From NCBI GenBank assembly GCA_035553475.1, contig DATNDQ010000035.1, positions 7,075-71,074 of the forward strand: a stretch of 64,000 bases of DNA, given 5' to 3'. The translations under genes and the position numbers were made by a program. The notes below the pieces were generated by a model that was not told where the DNA came from, did no database searches, and saw only the letters and a program-made list of their open reading frames with translations. Of this stretch, positions 17,709-27,014 are shown in pieces (position 1 is the first letter of the stretch; each line of letters starts with the position of its first letter). This DNA is from Gemmatimonadales bacterium. Lineage in GTDB: Bacteria; Gemmatimonadota; Gemmatimonadetes; Gemmatimonadales; GWC2-71-9.

Positions 17709-20198
17709 ATGCGCAGTATCCGGTTGGCATTCCGGACCCTGTTTCGGACTCCATTCGTCACCACCATCGCCGTGCTCTCCTTGGCCCTCGGCATCGGCGC
17801 CAACGCGGCCATCTTTTCGCTCTTCGACCAGATCCTGCTCCGGCCCCTGCCGGTGCGGGAGCCCGACAAGCTCGTCAACCTGGGCAATCCTGGTCCCAAG
17901 CCCGGCTCGCAGTCGTGCGGTCAGGCGGGGGACTGTGACGTGGTCTTCAGCTACCGGATGTTCCGGGACCTCGAGCAGCGGCAGACGGTGTTCACGGGGA
18001 TCGCGGCGCACGACCGCTTCGGGGTGAGCGTCGTTTACAACAACCAGCCCCTCACCGGAGACGGCATGTACGTCTCCGGTTCGTATTTCCCGACCCTCGG
18101 GGTGCGGCCGGCCCTCGGACGGCTCCTGTCCGAATCCGACGACCAGAGCATCGGAACCAACTTCGTGGCGGTGCTCTCCTACGCGTACTGGCAGTCGAAG
18201 CTGGGTGGCGATCGGGACGTCCTCGGCAAGTCCATCATCGTGAACGGTCAGCAGCTCACCATCCTCGGCGTCGCGGCCGAGGGGTTCGACGGGACGACGC
18301 TCGGCGTGCGCCCGATGGTCTTCGTTCCCATCAGCATGCGTGGGCTCCTGACCACCGGATTCCGGGGCTTCGAGAACCGCCGGAGCTACTGGATCTATCT
18401 CTTTGCCCGCCTGAAACCGGGCATGACGATCCAGCAGGCGAGTGTCGGCATCAACGGGGTCTACCACTCGATCGTCAACGACGTCGAGGCGCCCCTCCAG
18501 ACGGGGATGAGCGACGCGACCCTGGCACGGTTCCGGGACAAGAAGCTGGAGCTGGAACCGGGATGGCGCGGCCAGAGCTCCATGCACAAGGAAGCCAAGA
18601 CGCCCCTCATGATGCTGTTCAGCGTCACCGGGATCGTCCTCCTGATCGCCTGCGCCAACATCGCCAACCTGCTCCTGGCCCGCGGGGCAGGGCGGTCGAT
18701 GGAGATGGGGATGCGGCTGGCGATCGGCGCGAGCCGGTGGCAGCTGATTTCGCAGCTGCTCCTGGAATCGGTCGTCCTGGCTTCCCTCGGGGGGGTGGCG
18801 AGTCTGATCGTCGCCAAATGGACGCTGTCCGGCATCTCGTCGCTTCTCCCGTCCGACGGCAACGACATTCTTCAGTTCACGCTGCAACCCGCCGTGCTGC
18901 TCTTCTCCGCCGGACTGGCGATCGTGACCGGCATCGCCTTCGGGCTGTTCCCGGCCTGGCACAGCACCCGGGGCGAATTGGTGACCACCATCCGCGCCAA
19001 CGCCGGACACATCTCGGGCGCCAGGGCGGCCGCGCGCTTCCGGGCGACGCTGGTGACGCTGCAGATCTCGCTCGCGACCGCGCTGCTCATCGCGGCGGGT
19101 CTCTTCATGAAGAGTCTGGTGAACGTGACCAAAGTCGATCTGGGTGTGCACGTCGACAGCGTCATCACCTTCGGACTGTCTCCGGAGCAGGCCGGATACG
19201 ACAGCACCCGGGCGCTGCAGTACTATGCGCGCGTCGAGGAGGCCCTCGGCGCGATTCCCAGTGTGACCTCCGTGACCTCGTCCCTCGTGGCCCTGATCGC
19301 CGGTAACAACTGGGGGAACGACGTCAAGGTGCAGGGCTTCCAGTCGGGACCGGACGTCGACGCGAACTCCCGCTTCAACGCGATCAGTCCGAATTACTTC
19401 GCGACCTTCGGCGTGCAGCTCATCGGCGGGCGAGAATTCACCGCGGCGGACCGCCGTGGGGCACCACAGGTCGCGATCGTGAATCAGGCCTTTGCGAAGA
19501 AGTTCAATCTCGGGAACGACGCCGTGGGGAAATTCATGTCCGAGGGCGGGGACACGCTGAACATCCAGATCGTCGGGCTCGTACCGGACGTGAAGTATTC
19601 CGACGTGAAGAAACCCGTGCCCCCGGTCTTCTATCTCCCGTGGCGGCAGGACAGCCACATGCCGTTCATGAATTTCTACGTGCGCACGCCGCAGCCGGAG
19701 ACGGTGCTGCGCACGGTGACGGGCATCATCCGCAAGATCGACCCGGGCGTACCGGTGGAGGATCTGAAGACCATGCCCCAGCAGATCCGGGACAACATCT
19801 TCCTGGATCGCATGATCTCGATTCTCTCGGCGGCCTTCGCGGTATTGGCGACGCTCCTGGCGGCGATCGGTCTCTATGGAGTGCTGGCCTACTCGGTCGC
19901 CCAGCGCACCCGGGAGATCGGCGTCCGCATGGCCTTGGGCGCCGATGCGGGGCGGGTCCGGGTCATGGTACTTCGGCAGGTGGGCGGCATGATGGTGGTC
20001 GGCGGGATCATCGGGCTTGCCGGCGCCCTTGGACTCGGGAAGGCCGCGAGCTCACTCCTGTTCGGACTGAAGGGCTCCGACCCCATCGTCTTCGGGTTGT
20101 CCCTGATCGTGCTGGCGTTCGTGGCCTTCGGGGCGGGGTACGTCCCGGCCCGCCGGGCGTCTGAAGTGGACCCCATTCAGGCACTTCGCTACGAATAA
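17709..20198 (+). CDS. ADOP-family duplicated orphan ABC permease (two MacB/FtsX-like halves)
   Basis: 829 aa. The N-terminus MRSIRLAFRTLFRTPFVTTIAVLSLALGIGANAAIFSLFDQILLRPLPV is the family signature. It contains two FtsX-type 4-TM modules. No ATPase gene is adjacent. Confidence 0.9.
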   Translation: MRSIRLAFRTLFRTPFVTTIAVLSLALGIGANAAIFSLFDQILLRPLPVREPDKLVNLGNPGPKPGSQSCGQAGDCDVVFSYRMFRDLEQRQTVFTGIAAHDRFGVSVVYNNQPLTGDGMYVSGSYFPTLGVRPALGRLLSESDDQSIGTNFVAVLSYAYWQSKLGGDRDVLGKSIIVNGQQLTILGVAAEGFDGTTLGVRPMVFVPISMRGLLTTGFRGFENRRSYWIYLFARLKPGMTIQQASVGINGVYHSIVNDVEAPLQTGMSDATLARFRDKKLELEPGWRGQSSMHKEAKTPLMMLFSVTGIVLLIACANIANLLLARGAGRSMEMGMRLAIGASRWQLISQLLLESVVLASLGGVASLIVAKWTLSGISSLLPSDGNDILQFTLQPAVLLFSAGLAIVTGIAFGLFPAWHSTRGELVTTIRANAGHISGARAAARFRATLVTLQISLATALLIAAGLFMKSLVNVTKVDLGVHVDSVITFGLSPEQAGYDSTRALQYYARVEEALGAIPSVTSVTSSLVALIAGNNWGNDVKVQGFQSGPDVDANSRFNAISPNYFATFGVQLIGGREFTAADRRGAPQVAIVNQAFAKKFNLGNDAVGKFMSEGGDTLNIQIVGLVPDVKYSDVKKPVPPVFYLPWRQDSHMPFMNFYVRTPQPETVLRTVTGIIRKIDPGVPVEDLKTMPQQIRDNIFLDRMISILSAAFAVLATLLAAIGLYGVLAYSVAQRTREIGVRMALGADAGRVRVMVLRQVGGMMVVGGIIGLAGALGLGKAASSLLFGLKGSDPIVFGLSLIVLAFVAFGAGYVPARRASEVDPIQALRYE

Positions 20199-20202
20199 GC
20201 CT

Positions 20203-20223
20203 GACACCTGAGACCCAGGTGTC
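20203..20223 (+). terminator. short hairpin after the ADOP permease gene
   Basis: gacacctg-agacc-caggtgtc forms an 8-bp perfect stem. There is no U-tract. Confidence 0.35.
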
Positions 20224-20331
20224 GACCGGCGGGGGGTGGGTGCTTCGGGGCGCCTGCCCCCTGTCGATTTTGGGCCCCTCCGTTCGACTACTCCGTGACC
20301 ATAGCTTTTCACCTTCACTGGGGAGCGGACG

Positions 20332-20679
20332 ATGAAATACCTCTGTCTCATCTATCAGGACGAGAAGGCCCGCCAGGCGATGCTGCAGGCCGACGCGGAC
20401 AAGATGCATGCCGAGTACTTCTCCTTCACCGACGACATCAAGAAGAGCGGACACTACCTGGGCGGGAACGCGCTCCAGCCCACGGCAACGGCCACGACGG
20501 TCCGGGTGCGGAACGGCCGAACCGCGGCAACCGACGGGCCCTTTGCCGAGACCAAGGAGCAGCTGGCGGGATACTACCTGGTCGAGGCCACGGATCTGAA
20601 CGACGCCATCCAGGTGGGTTCGCGCATTCCCGGCGCGCGCTTCGGCAGCATCGAAGTCCGGCCCATCTGGGAGATGTGA
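20332..20679 (+). CDS. YCII/DGPF-domain protein
   Basis: 115 aa with a GGGGAG Shine-Dalgarno sequence. It carries a YciI-like signature (MKYLCLIYQDE...DGPFAETKEQLAGYYLVEA..). Confidence 0.85.
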   Translation: MKYLCLIYQDEKARQAMLQADADKMHAEYFSFTDDIKKSGHYLGGNALQPTATATTVRVRNGRTAATDGPFAETKEQLAGYYLVEATDLNDAIQVGSRIPGARFGSIEVRPIWEM

Positions 20680-20685
20680 GGATCT

Positions 20686-21945
20686 GTGAGCGATCCGGTC
20701 GAGGCGGTGCGGGAGATGGTGGACACGGCCTACCGCACCGACTCGCGCCGGGTCCTCGCGACACTCATTCGTCTGCTCGGGGATTTCGACCTCGCCGAGG
20801 AGGCGCTGCATGACGCGTTCGCGGCGGCGCTCGAGCAGTGGCCGTCCGGAATTCCCGCGAATCCGCGGGCCTGGCTGGTCTCGGCGGGGCGCTTCCGGGC
20901 GATCGACCGGCTGCGGCGCGAATCCGCCTTCGACGCGTCGCGCGCCGCGATCGTGGACCAGCTGGGCCCCGCCACCGTGCCTGCGCCCGACGTGAACGAC
21001 GAAGAGCTCGAGGACGACCGCCTCCGGCTCATCTTCACCTGTTGTCACCCCGCGCTCCCCCGCGAGGCGCAGCTCGCGCTGACCCTGCGCGAGGTCTGCG
21101 GTCTGACGACCGAGGAGATTGCCCGGGCCTATCTCACGGGGGCCCCGACCGTGGCGCAACGCATCGTGCGCGCCAAGAACAAGATCAGGGACACGGGGAT
21201 CCCGTATCAGGTCCCGTCGCGCCTCGACCTGCCCGATCGGCTCGATGCCGTTCTTCAGGTCATCTACCTGGTGTTCAACGAAGGGTATTCCGCTTCGACC
21301 GGTCCGACGGCCGTCCGGGCCGATCTCTCCTCCGAAGCGATTCGCCTCGGTCGCCTGCTCAGCGACCTCTTGCCTGACCCCGAGGTGCTCGGTCTGCTCG
21401 CGCTCATGCTCCTGCACGACTCGCGCCGGGCGACGCGTACGTCCTCCGATGGAGATCTGGTTCTCCTGGAGGACCAGGACCGCTCGCGCTGGGACCGGCA
21501 ACAGATCGCTGAAGGGTGCGGTCTGGTGGACCGGGCGCTGGGGTTGCGGCGGGTAGGTCCGTACGTCCTCCAGGCCGCCATTGCCGCGCTCCACGCGCAG
21601 GCGACGCATCCGCAGGATACGGATTGGAACGAGATCGTTGGGCTCTACGACGTGCTGTTGCGGGTGGAGCCGACCGCGGTGGTTGAGTTGAACCGTGCGG
21701 CGGCCGTGGCGATGCGGGATGGCCCCGGCGCGGGGCTGGATCTCATTGACGCCATCCTCGCGCGCGGGGACCTGGCCGACTACCCGCTGGCCCACGCGGC
21801 CCGCGGGGAGCTGCTCCGCCGGTTGCATCGGAACGCCGAGGCGGCCGGGGCCTACCGGGCCGCGCTCGACCGCTCTACGCAGGAGCCCCAGCGGCGTCTC
21901 CTCGAAGCACGCCTGGCGGCGGTTCGGTCTCCCGACCAATCCTGA
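20686..21945 (+). CDS. ECF-type sigma-70 factor with long C-terminal TPR-like extension (ECF42-like)
   Basis: 419 aa. Sigma region 2 (LIRLLGDFDLAEEALHDAFAAALEQW) and region 4 HTH (LTLREVCGLTTEEIARAYLTGAPTVAQRIVRAKNKI) are present, followed by a helical extension of about 200 aa. It lies directly downstream of a YCII gene. Confidence 0.8.
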   Translation: MSDPVEAVREMVDTAYRTDSRRVLATLIRLLGDFDLAEEALHDAFAAALEQWPSGIPANPRAWLVSAGRFRAIDRLRRESAFDASRAAIVDQLGPATVPAPDVNDEELEDDRLRLIFTCCHPALPREAQLALTLREVCGLTTEEIARAYLTGAPTVAQRIVRAKNKIRDTGIPYQVPSRLDLPDRLDAVLQVIYLVFNEGYSASTGPTAVRADLSSEAIRLGRLLSDLLPDPEVLGLLALMLLHDSRRATRTSSDGDLVLLEDQDRSRWDRQQIAEGCGLVDRALGLRRVGPYVLQAAIAALHAQATHPQDTDWNEIVGLYDVLLRVEPTAVVELNRAAAVAMRDGPGAGLDLIDAILARGDLADYPLAHAARGELLRRLHRNAEAAGAYRAALDRSTQEPQRRLLEARLAAVRSPDQS

Positions 21946-21980
21946 ACGCCCGAGCGCCTGTTCTTACGACGCGCCCCGGC

Positions 21981-21986
21981 TAGAAT
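21981..21986 (+). promoter_or_regulatory. -10-like hexamer TAGAAT 8 nt upstream of the ATG (possible leaderless transcript)
   Basis: TAGAAT-gcaccgct-ATG(21995); no Shine-Dalgarno sequence. Confidence 0.4.
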
Positions 21987-21994
21987 GCACCGCT

Positions 21995-23311
21995 ATGGAT
22001 CAGACCCCAGCGGGCGGAACGGCTGGAGAACTGCAGGCGGCGGCGCTCCTGGCGGCGATCACCCTGGGGCTCGCCGTGCTCTGCGTCTTCCTCTACCGCC
22101 GGTACCGGAAGCCCTTCCTCATTTGGTGGGTGGCGGCGTGGGGTCTGTACCTGATTCGCGGCGTCGTGATCGGGGCGTTTCTCATCACCCGAGAACGCCC
22201 GCTGCTCTATCTCCACCAGGTAGTGACGGGATGGACGGCCCTGGCGCTGCTCGCGGCGGCTCTCGTGTTCACGCGCCCGCGCCAGTGGCGCCGCGGCTAC
22301 GTGGTGGCGATCCTGCTTCCGGTGATCTGGGCGTACGTCACGATCTACGTATTGAACAACTTCCTCCTGGCTGCGGGCCCCACGGTGCTGCTCTTGAGCG
22401 GCGTCACACTCTGGACGGGATGGATCTTTGCGCGTCACTGGCGAAACGTCCGCGCACCGGGTGCCGGCATGCTGGCCGCGACGTTCTGCCTCTGGAGCCT
22501 GCATCACCTCGACTACCCGATCCTTCGCGCCCGCGGCGCCTGGAGTCCCTGGGGATATTACCTCGACATTCTGTTCCTGCTCGCCACGGGGGCGGGGATC
22601 CTGGTTCTGGTCGAAGATGAATTGCGATCGGAGCACGCGGATCTTACCGGACGTCTGGCCCGTTTGTCCGCGGGTCTCCTCGAGCAGTATGAAGCCGAGC
22701 GGCGCCGGTTGTCCCTGGAGCTGCACGACGAGACCGCGCAGGTGTTCACGGCCGTGAAGCTCCAGCTCGGAGTCCTGCGCGAGCGATCAGACCGGGCGCT
22801 GACGCCGGCGCTCACGGAGATCGACGGCTTGATCGACACCGGTATCCAGAGCATCCGGCGCGTCACCAACCAACTGCGGCCCTCCCTCCTGGATGACCTG
22901 GGTCTCCTGCCCGCCTTGCGGTCATTGGGGGACGACTTCGTCGAGCGCTCGGGTGTCCGGCTCACCATCGAAGCCCCACCGACGGTTCCGGAGGTTTCGG
23001 CGCGCGCGGAGCTCGCGCTCTTCCGCGCCATGCAGGAGGCGCTCGCGAATGTGGTCCGTCACGCCGGGGCGACCCACGTCCGGGTCGGAGTCATTCCGGA
23101 CGGCCCGCGCCTCGCCTTGGAGGTGGAGGACGACGGACGGGGACTCCCTGCCGGCTTCGACCTTGAGCGGGGTGAGCGCGAGGGGCATCTGGGGCTCGCC
23201 GGGATGCGCGAGCGCATGTCGGCCCTCGAAGGGGAGTTCTTCATCCGGGCCACCGCCACGGGAGGTACCCTGGTGCGGGTGGCCGTTCCTTGCGCGTTGG
23301 AGCCGGCGTGA
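21995..23311 (+). CDS. membrane-embedded sensor histidine kinase (HisKA_3 / NarL-partner type)
   Basis: 438 aa from ATG 21995. The N-terminal block has multiple TM segments. It has an H-box (LSLELHDETAQVFTAV) and HATPase motifs (EALANVVRHAGA, VEDDGRGLP, GHLGLAGMRERM). The ORF-track 21695 start overlaps the sigma gene and was trimmed. Confidence 0.85.
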   Translation: MDQTPAGGTAGELQAAALLAAITLGLAVLCVFLYRRYRKPFLIWWVAAWGLYLIRGVVIGAFLITRERPLLYLHQVVTGWTALALLAAALVFTRPRQWRRGYVVAILLPVIWAYVTIYVLNNFLLAAGPTVLLLSGVTLWTGWIFARHWRNVRAPGAGMLAATFCLWSLHHLDYPILRARGAWSPWGYYLDILFLLATGAGILVLVEDELRSEHADLTGRLARLSAGLLEQYEAERRRLSLELHDETAQVFTAVKLQLGVLRERSDRALTPALTEIDGLIDTGIQSIRRVTNQLRPSLLDDLGLLPALRSLGDDFVERSGVRLTIEAPPTVPEVSARAELALFRAMQEALANVVRHAGATHVRVGVIPDGPRLALEVEDDGRGLPAGFDLERGEREGHLGLAGMRERMSALEGEFFIRATATGGTLVRVAVPCALEPA

Positions 23312-23967
23312 ATCCCATTCGCGTGTTGGTCGCCGACGACCATTCGGTGGTGCGGGAAGGCCTGCGCCACGTCCTCGCCGGCGTGCCGGAGCTGACGGTG
23401 GTGGGGGAAGCCGGAACGGGGCCTGACGCGATGGCCCTCGCGGCCACGGCGCGGCCCGACGTCGTCCTGCTCGATCTGACGATGCCCGGCGCCGGCGGGC
23501 TCGAGGTCCTCCGGCATCTGCGGGCGACATTGCCCGAAATCCGGGTGCTCATCCTGTCCGTGCACGACGACCCGGAATACGTGCTCGAAAGCGTTCGGGC
23601 AGGTGCGCACGGGTACTTGCGGAAGGACTCGAGTCCGGCAGAGATCCGCCAGGCGATCCGGGCGGTGCACGCGGGTGACGCCTACTTCTCGCCGCCGGTC
23701 GCGCGTCACCTCACCACGGCGCTGCGGGACGGGGCGCTGCCCGCGCAACCCGAGGCCGGTCTCGGCGAACTTACGTCCCGGGAGCGTGAGGTCCTGGTCC
23801 GGGTCGCACGCGGGTTGACCAATCGTGAAACGGCGGCGGAGCTCGGCATCAGCGTCCGGACGGTGGAAGCGCACCGGGATTCGCTCATGCGCAAGCTGCG
23901 GATTCACACCGTCGCGGGACTGACGCGCTTCGCCATCGCCCAGGGACTCTTGCCCGCCTCTCAGTAG
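23308..23967 (+). CDS. NarL/LuxR-family response regulator
   Basis: A REC domain is present (IRVLVADDHSVVREG..VVLLDLTMPG), followed by a LuxR HTH (LTSREREVLVRVARGLTNRETAAELGISVRTVEAHR). A GTGA overlap links it to the kinase gene. Confidence 0.9.
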   Translation: MNPIRVLVADDHSVVREGLRHVLAGVPELTVVGEAGTGPDAMALAATARPDVVLLDLTMPGAGGLEVLRHLRATLPEIRVLILSVHDDPEYVLESVRAGAHGYLRKDSSPAEIRQAIRAVHAGDAYFSPPVARHLTTALRDGALPAQPEAGLGELTSREREVLVRVARGLTNRETAAELGISVRTVEAHRDSLMRKLRIHTVAGLTRFAIAQGLLPASQ

Positions 23968-24013
23968 CAGTACGGTGGTAGGATTTCGAATGGTTTGCGA
24001 GGCGCGAGCGGCC

Positions 24014-24019
24014 TAAAAT
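24014..24019 (+). promoter_or_regulatory. -10-like hexamer TAAAAT 6 nt upstream of the hemA ATG (possible leaderless heme operon mRNA)
   Basis: TAAAAT-cgcgcc-ATG(24026); no Shine-Dalgarno sequence. Confidence 0.45.
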
Positions 24020-24025
24020 CGCGCC

Positions 24026-25348
24026 ATGTCGTTGTCCTGCATCGGGATCAACTACCGCACCGCATCCGTTTCCCAGCGTGAGCGACTCGCCCTCGGCGTC
24101 GACGCCCAGCGGCGCTGGTTGAACGCTCCCGAGACTGTCGCCCGTCGCGAACGGGCGGGCATCACTGAAGTCACCGTCCTGTCCACCTGCAATCGCACCG
24201 AGCTCTACGCGGCGCACAGCGCGCCTCCATCTCCGGATCTCCTCGGCGACCTCTTTTCCTCACTCGCCGGCCTGCCGGTGGGTGACGTCGCGCCCCATCT
24301 CTACGAATTCATCGGCCCAGACGCGCTCCGGCATCTGTTCGGCGTAGCCTCCGGACTCGATTCCATGGTGCTCGGCGAGGCCGAGATACAGGGACAGGTG
24401 CGGACGGCCCGAGAAGTCGCCTGCGGTGAGGGGGCCGCCGGCCCCGTCCTCGATGCGGCGTTCCGGGCCGCCGTGCAGGCCGGGCGGCGGGCACGAGCCG
24501 AAACCGGGATCTGCCGGCTCCCCGGAAGTGTGGCGACGGAGGCCGTCCGGCTCCTGACGTCCGTCGCCGGCCCGCTCGAGCACATGTCCCTCCTGATCGT
24601 CGGTACCGGGAAAATGGGCCGGGTGGTGGGCGAGACGTTCCGAAGCCGTGGCGGGCGACGGATCGCGGTGATCAGCCGCACGCGAGAGCACGCGGACGAG
24701 CTGGCCAGGGAATGGAGCGGCGTCGCGCTGCCCTGGCACGAACTCCCCGCTGCCGTGCGCGCCGCGGATGTGATTCTCTCGTCGACCGGCGCACCACATG
24801 CCGTGCTGACGCGGGAGCTCGTCGACCAGGCCATCGGACCCCGGGGCGACGGCCGGCGGCGGGTGATCGTGGACATCGCGGTTCCCCGTGACGTGGAACC
24901 CGCCGTGGGATCGGCGCCGGGCGTCGCGCTTTACGACATCGACGACCTCCAGCTCCGGGTCGGAGAGAACCTGGAGCTCCGCGGCCGTGAGGTGCCCGCC
25001 GTGCAGCGAATCGTCGAAGAGGAAGTGCAGCGCTTCGACGCGTGGCTCCGGTCCTGGAGACTGCGCCCCGTGCTCACGGGCATGCATGCCCGGGGTGAGG
25101 CCATCCGGCAGCGGGAAGTAGCACGCATGCTCCACCGCCTGGGCCCCGTGCCCTCAGAAATTCGCGAGCAGATCGAGTCGTTCTCCCGGACACTCGTCAA
25201 TCAGCTGCTCGATGCGCCCAGCCGGCGCCTTCGAGAGGCGGGCGATCCATCCCGCGCCGAAACGTTCGGAGCCGTCACCCGCGAGCTGTTCGGCCTCGAC
25301 GGCCAGCACGACCGCGAGCAGGATGATTCGAACGCGGAGGTGGCGTGA
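24026..25348 (+). CDS. hemA: glutamyl-tRNA reductase
   Basis: 440 aa. The N-terminus is IGINYRTASVSQRE. The catalytic Cys motif (VLSTCNRTELY) and an NADPH GxGxxG motif (VGTGKMG) are present. Confidence 0.92.
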   Translation: MSLSCIGINYRTASVSQRERLALGVDAQRRWLNAPETVARRERAGITEVTVLSTCNRTELYAAHSAPPSPDLLGDLFSSLAGLPVGDVAPHLYEFIGPDALRHLFGVASGLDSMVLGEAEIQGQVRTAREVACGEGAAGPVLDAAFRAAVQAGRRARAETGICRLPGSVATEAVRLLTSVAGPLEHMSLLIVGTGKMGRVVGETFRSRGGRRIAVISRTREHADELAREWSGVALPWHELPAAVRAADVILSSTGAPHAVLTRELVDQAIGPRGDGRRRVIVDIAVPRDVEPAVGSAPGVALYDIDDLQLRVGENLELRGREVPAVQRIVEEEVQRFDAWLRSWRLRPVLTGMHARGEAIRQREVARMLHRLGPVPSEIREQIESFSRTLVNQLLDAPSRRLREAGDPSRAETFGAVTRELFGLDGQHDREQDDSNAEVA

Positions 25349-26274
25349 CCGCGGGACTGGTCACGCTTCGCGCGGGAACGCGCGCGTCGGCACTGGCGCG
25401 GTGGCAGACGACCCGCGTAAGCGAAGCTCTGGAGCGGCTCACGGGCGTTCCCTCGCATCCGATCGTGATCTCCACGACCGGCGATCGCGCGCTCGATATC
25501 CCGCTTCCCGCGCTCGGCGGGAAGGGCGCGTTCACCGAAGAGCTGGAGCAGGCGCTGCGTGAGGGGCGCATCGACTTTGCCGTTCACTCCCTCAAGGATC
25601 TTCCGGTGGACGACCCGGAGGGGATCACGGTGGCCGCAATCCTCTCCCGTGACGATCCGCGCGACGTGGTGATCGCGCGGAACGCCCGGTCCCTCGCGGA
25701 GCTTCCTTCCGGTGCGGTCGTCGGCACGTCCAGCAATCGGCGCATGGCGCAGATCGCCGCTCTCCGGCCCGACGTGGTGATCCGGCCGCTGCGGGGGAAT
25801 GTCGATACCAGGGTCAGGAAAGCGCTCGAGGGAGAGTACGACGCGATCGTCATCGCGGCGGCGGGGGTTCACCGCCTCGGACTCACTGCCCGCATCACCG
25901 AATACCTCCCGTTCCATCAGATGCTGCCGGCCCCCGGACAGGGAGCCTTGGCGGTGCAGTGCCGGGCCGACGATGACGCGGTCCGGACGCTATTGATGGT
26001 GCTCGACGATCCCGCGGTCCGAGTCCCGACCACCGCCGAACGAGCATTCCTGTCCGGCCTCGGTGGCGGATGTGCGGCACCCATCGCTGCGTTGGGCGAG
26101 TCGTTCGAGGGCGAAGGACGCCGGCAGCTCCGCCTCACGGGACTGGTGGCGTCCCTGGACGGGCGTCGGGTGGTGCGGGCGACCCTCGAAGGCGAATGGA
26201 ATGGCGGCGAGGCTCTGGCGCAGGCGCTCGCCGATCGGGTGACCGCCAGCGGTGCCAGAGCGTTGCTCCCATGA
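25345..26274 (+). CDS. hemC: hydroxymethylbilane synthase (porphobilinogen deaminase)
   Basis: 309 aa with RAGTRASALARWQT, HSLKDLP, RGNVDTRVRK and a cofactor Cys region (GGGCAAPIAA). A GTGA overlap links it to hemA. Confidence 0.92.
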   Translation: MTAGLVTLRAGTRASALARWQTTRVSEALERLTGVPSHPIVISTTGDRALDIPLPALGGKGAFTEELEQALREGRIDFAVHSLKDLPVDDPEGITVAAILSRDDPRDVVIARNARSLAELPSGAVVGTSSNRRMAQIAALRPDVVIRPLRGNVDTRVRKALEGEYDAIVIAAAGVHRLGLTARITEYLPFHQMLPAPGQGALAVQCRADDDAVRTLLMVLDDPAVRVPTTAERAFLSGLGGGCAAPIAALGESFEGEGRRQLRLTGLVASLDGRRVVRATLEGEWNGGEALAQALADRVTASGARALLP

Positions 26275-27014
26275 GCGGTCCCCGGGTGCTCGTCACCAGG
26301 CCGCGCGCCCAATCGGGAGACCTCGTCACCGCGCTCGAATCGTGGGGAGCGCGGGCGGTGCTCTTCCCGACGGTCGAGATTCTGGCGCCGCGAGACTCCG
26401 CCGCCATCGACCGTGCCGTGATTCGTTTGCCGGACTACGACTGGGTGGTCTTCACCAGTGCCAACGCCGTCGAAGCCACGTTCGACCGGGTGGGAGGGGC
26501 CCCTCTGCAGGGCCCCAGGATTGCGGCCGTGGGCCCGGCCACGGCGGCTGAGATCAGACGCCGCGGGGCGCGAGCGGACTTCGTGCCTTCGGAATACCTG
26601 AGTGCCCGGTTGGGCCTTGAGCTTCCGGACGTCGACGGACGGACGGTGCTTGTTCCGCAGGGGGATCAGGCGGGAACGGCACTCCTCGACGCGCTGATGG
26701 CGCGCGGCGCGCGGGTCGATGTCGTCGAAGCCTACCGGACCGCACCCCCCGAACGTCCAGATCCGGAAACGCTGGCCGAACTCGCCGTCGGTGTCGATGC
26801 TGCGATCTTCACCAGCGGATCGGCCGTACGCCACCTGTTCGCGCTCCTGGGAGATGACGGGGCGCACCTGGCCCTGAGGGGTGCGGTGATTGCCTGCATC
26901 GGCCCCGTCACCGCGGGGGTGGCGCGCGCGCTGGGGCTCGAGGTTCACGTCGAACCCGCGGAGCACACGGTCCCCGCCGTCGCGGAAGCCCTCCGCGTGC
27001 GTCTCGCCGCGTGA
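26271..27014 (+). CDS. hemD: uroporphyrinogen-III synthase
   Basis: 247 aa from ATG 26271 (ATGA overlap with hemC). It has a HEM4-like sequence (VLVTRPRAQSGDL.., VVFTSANAV, IFTSGSAV). Confidence 0.85.
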   Translation: MSGPRVLVTRPRAQSGDLVTALESWGARAVLFPTVEILAPRDSAAIDRAVIRLPDYDWVVFTSANAVEATFDRVGGAPLQGPRIAAVGPATAAEIRRRGARADFVPSEYLSARLGLELPDVDGRTVLVPQGDQAGTALLDALMARGARVDVVEAYRTAPPERPDPETLAELAVGVDAAIFTSGSAVRHLFALLGDDGAHLALRGAVIACIGPVTAGVARALGLEVHVEPAEHTVPAVAEALRVRLAA

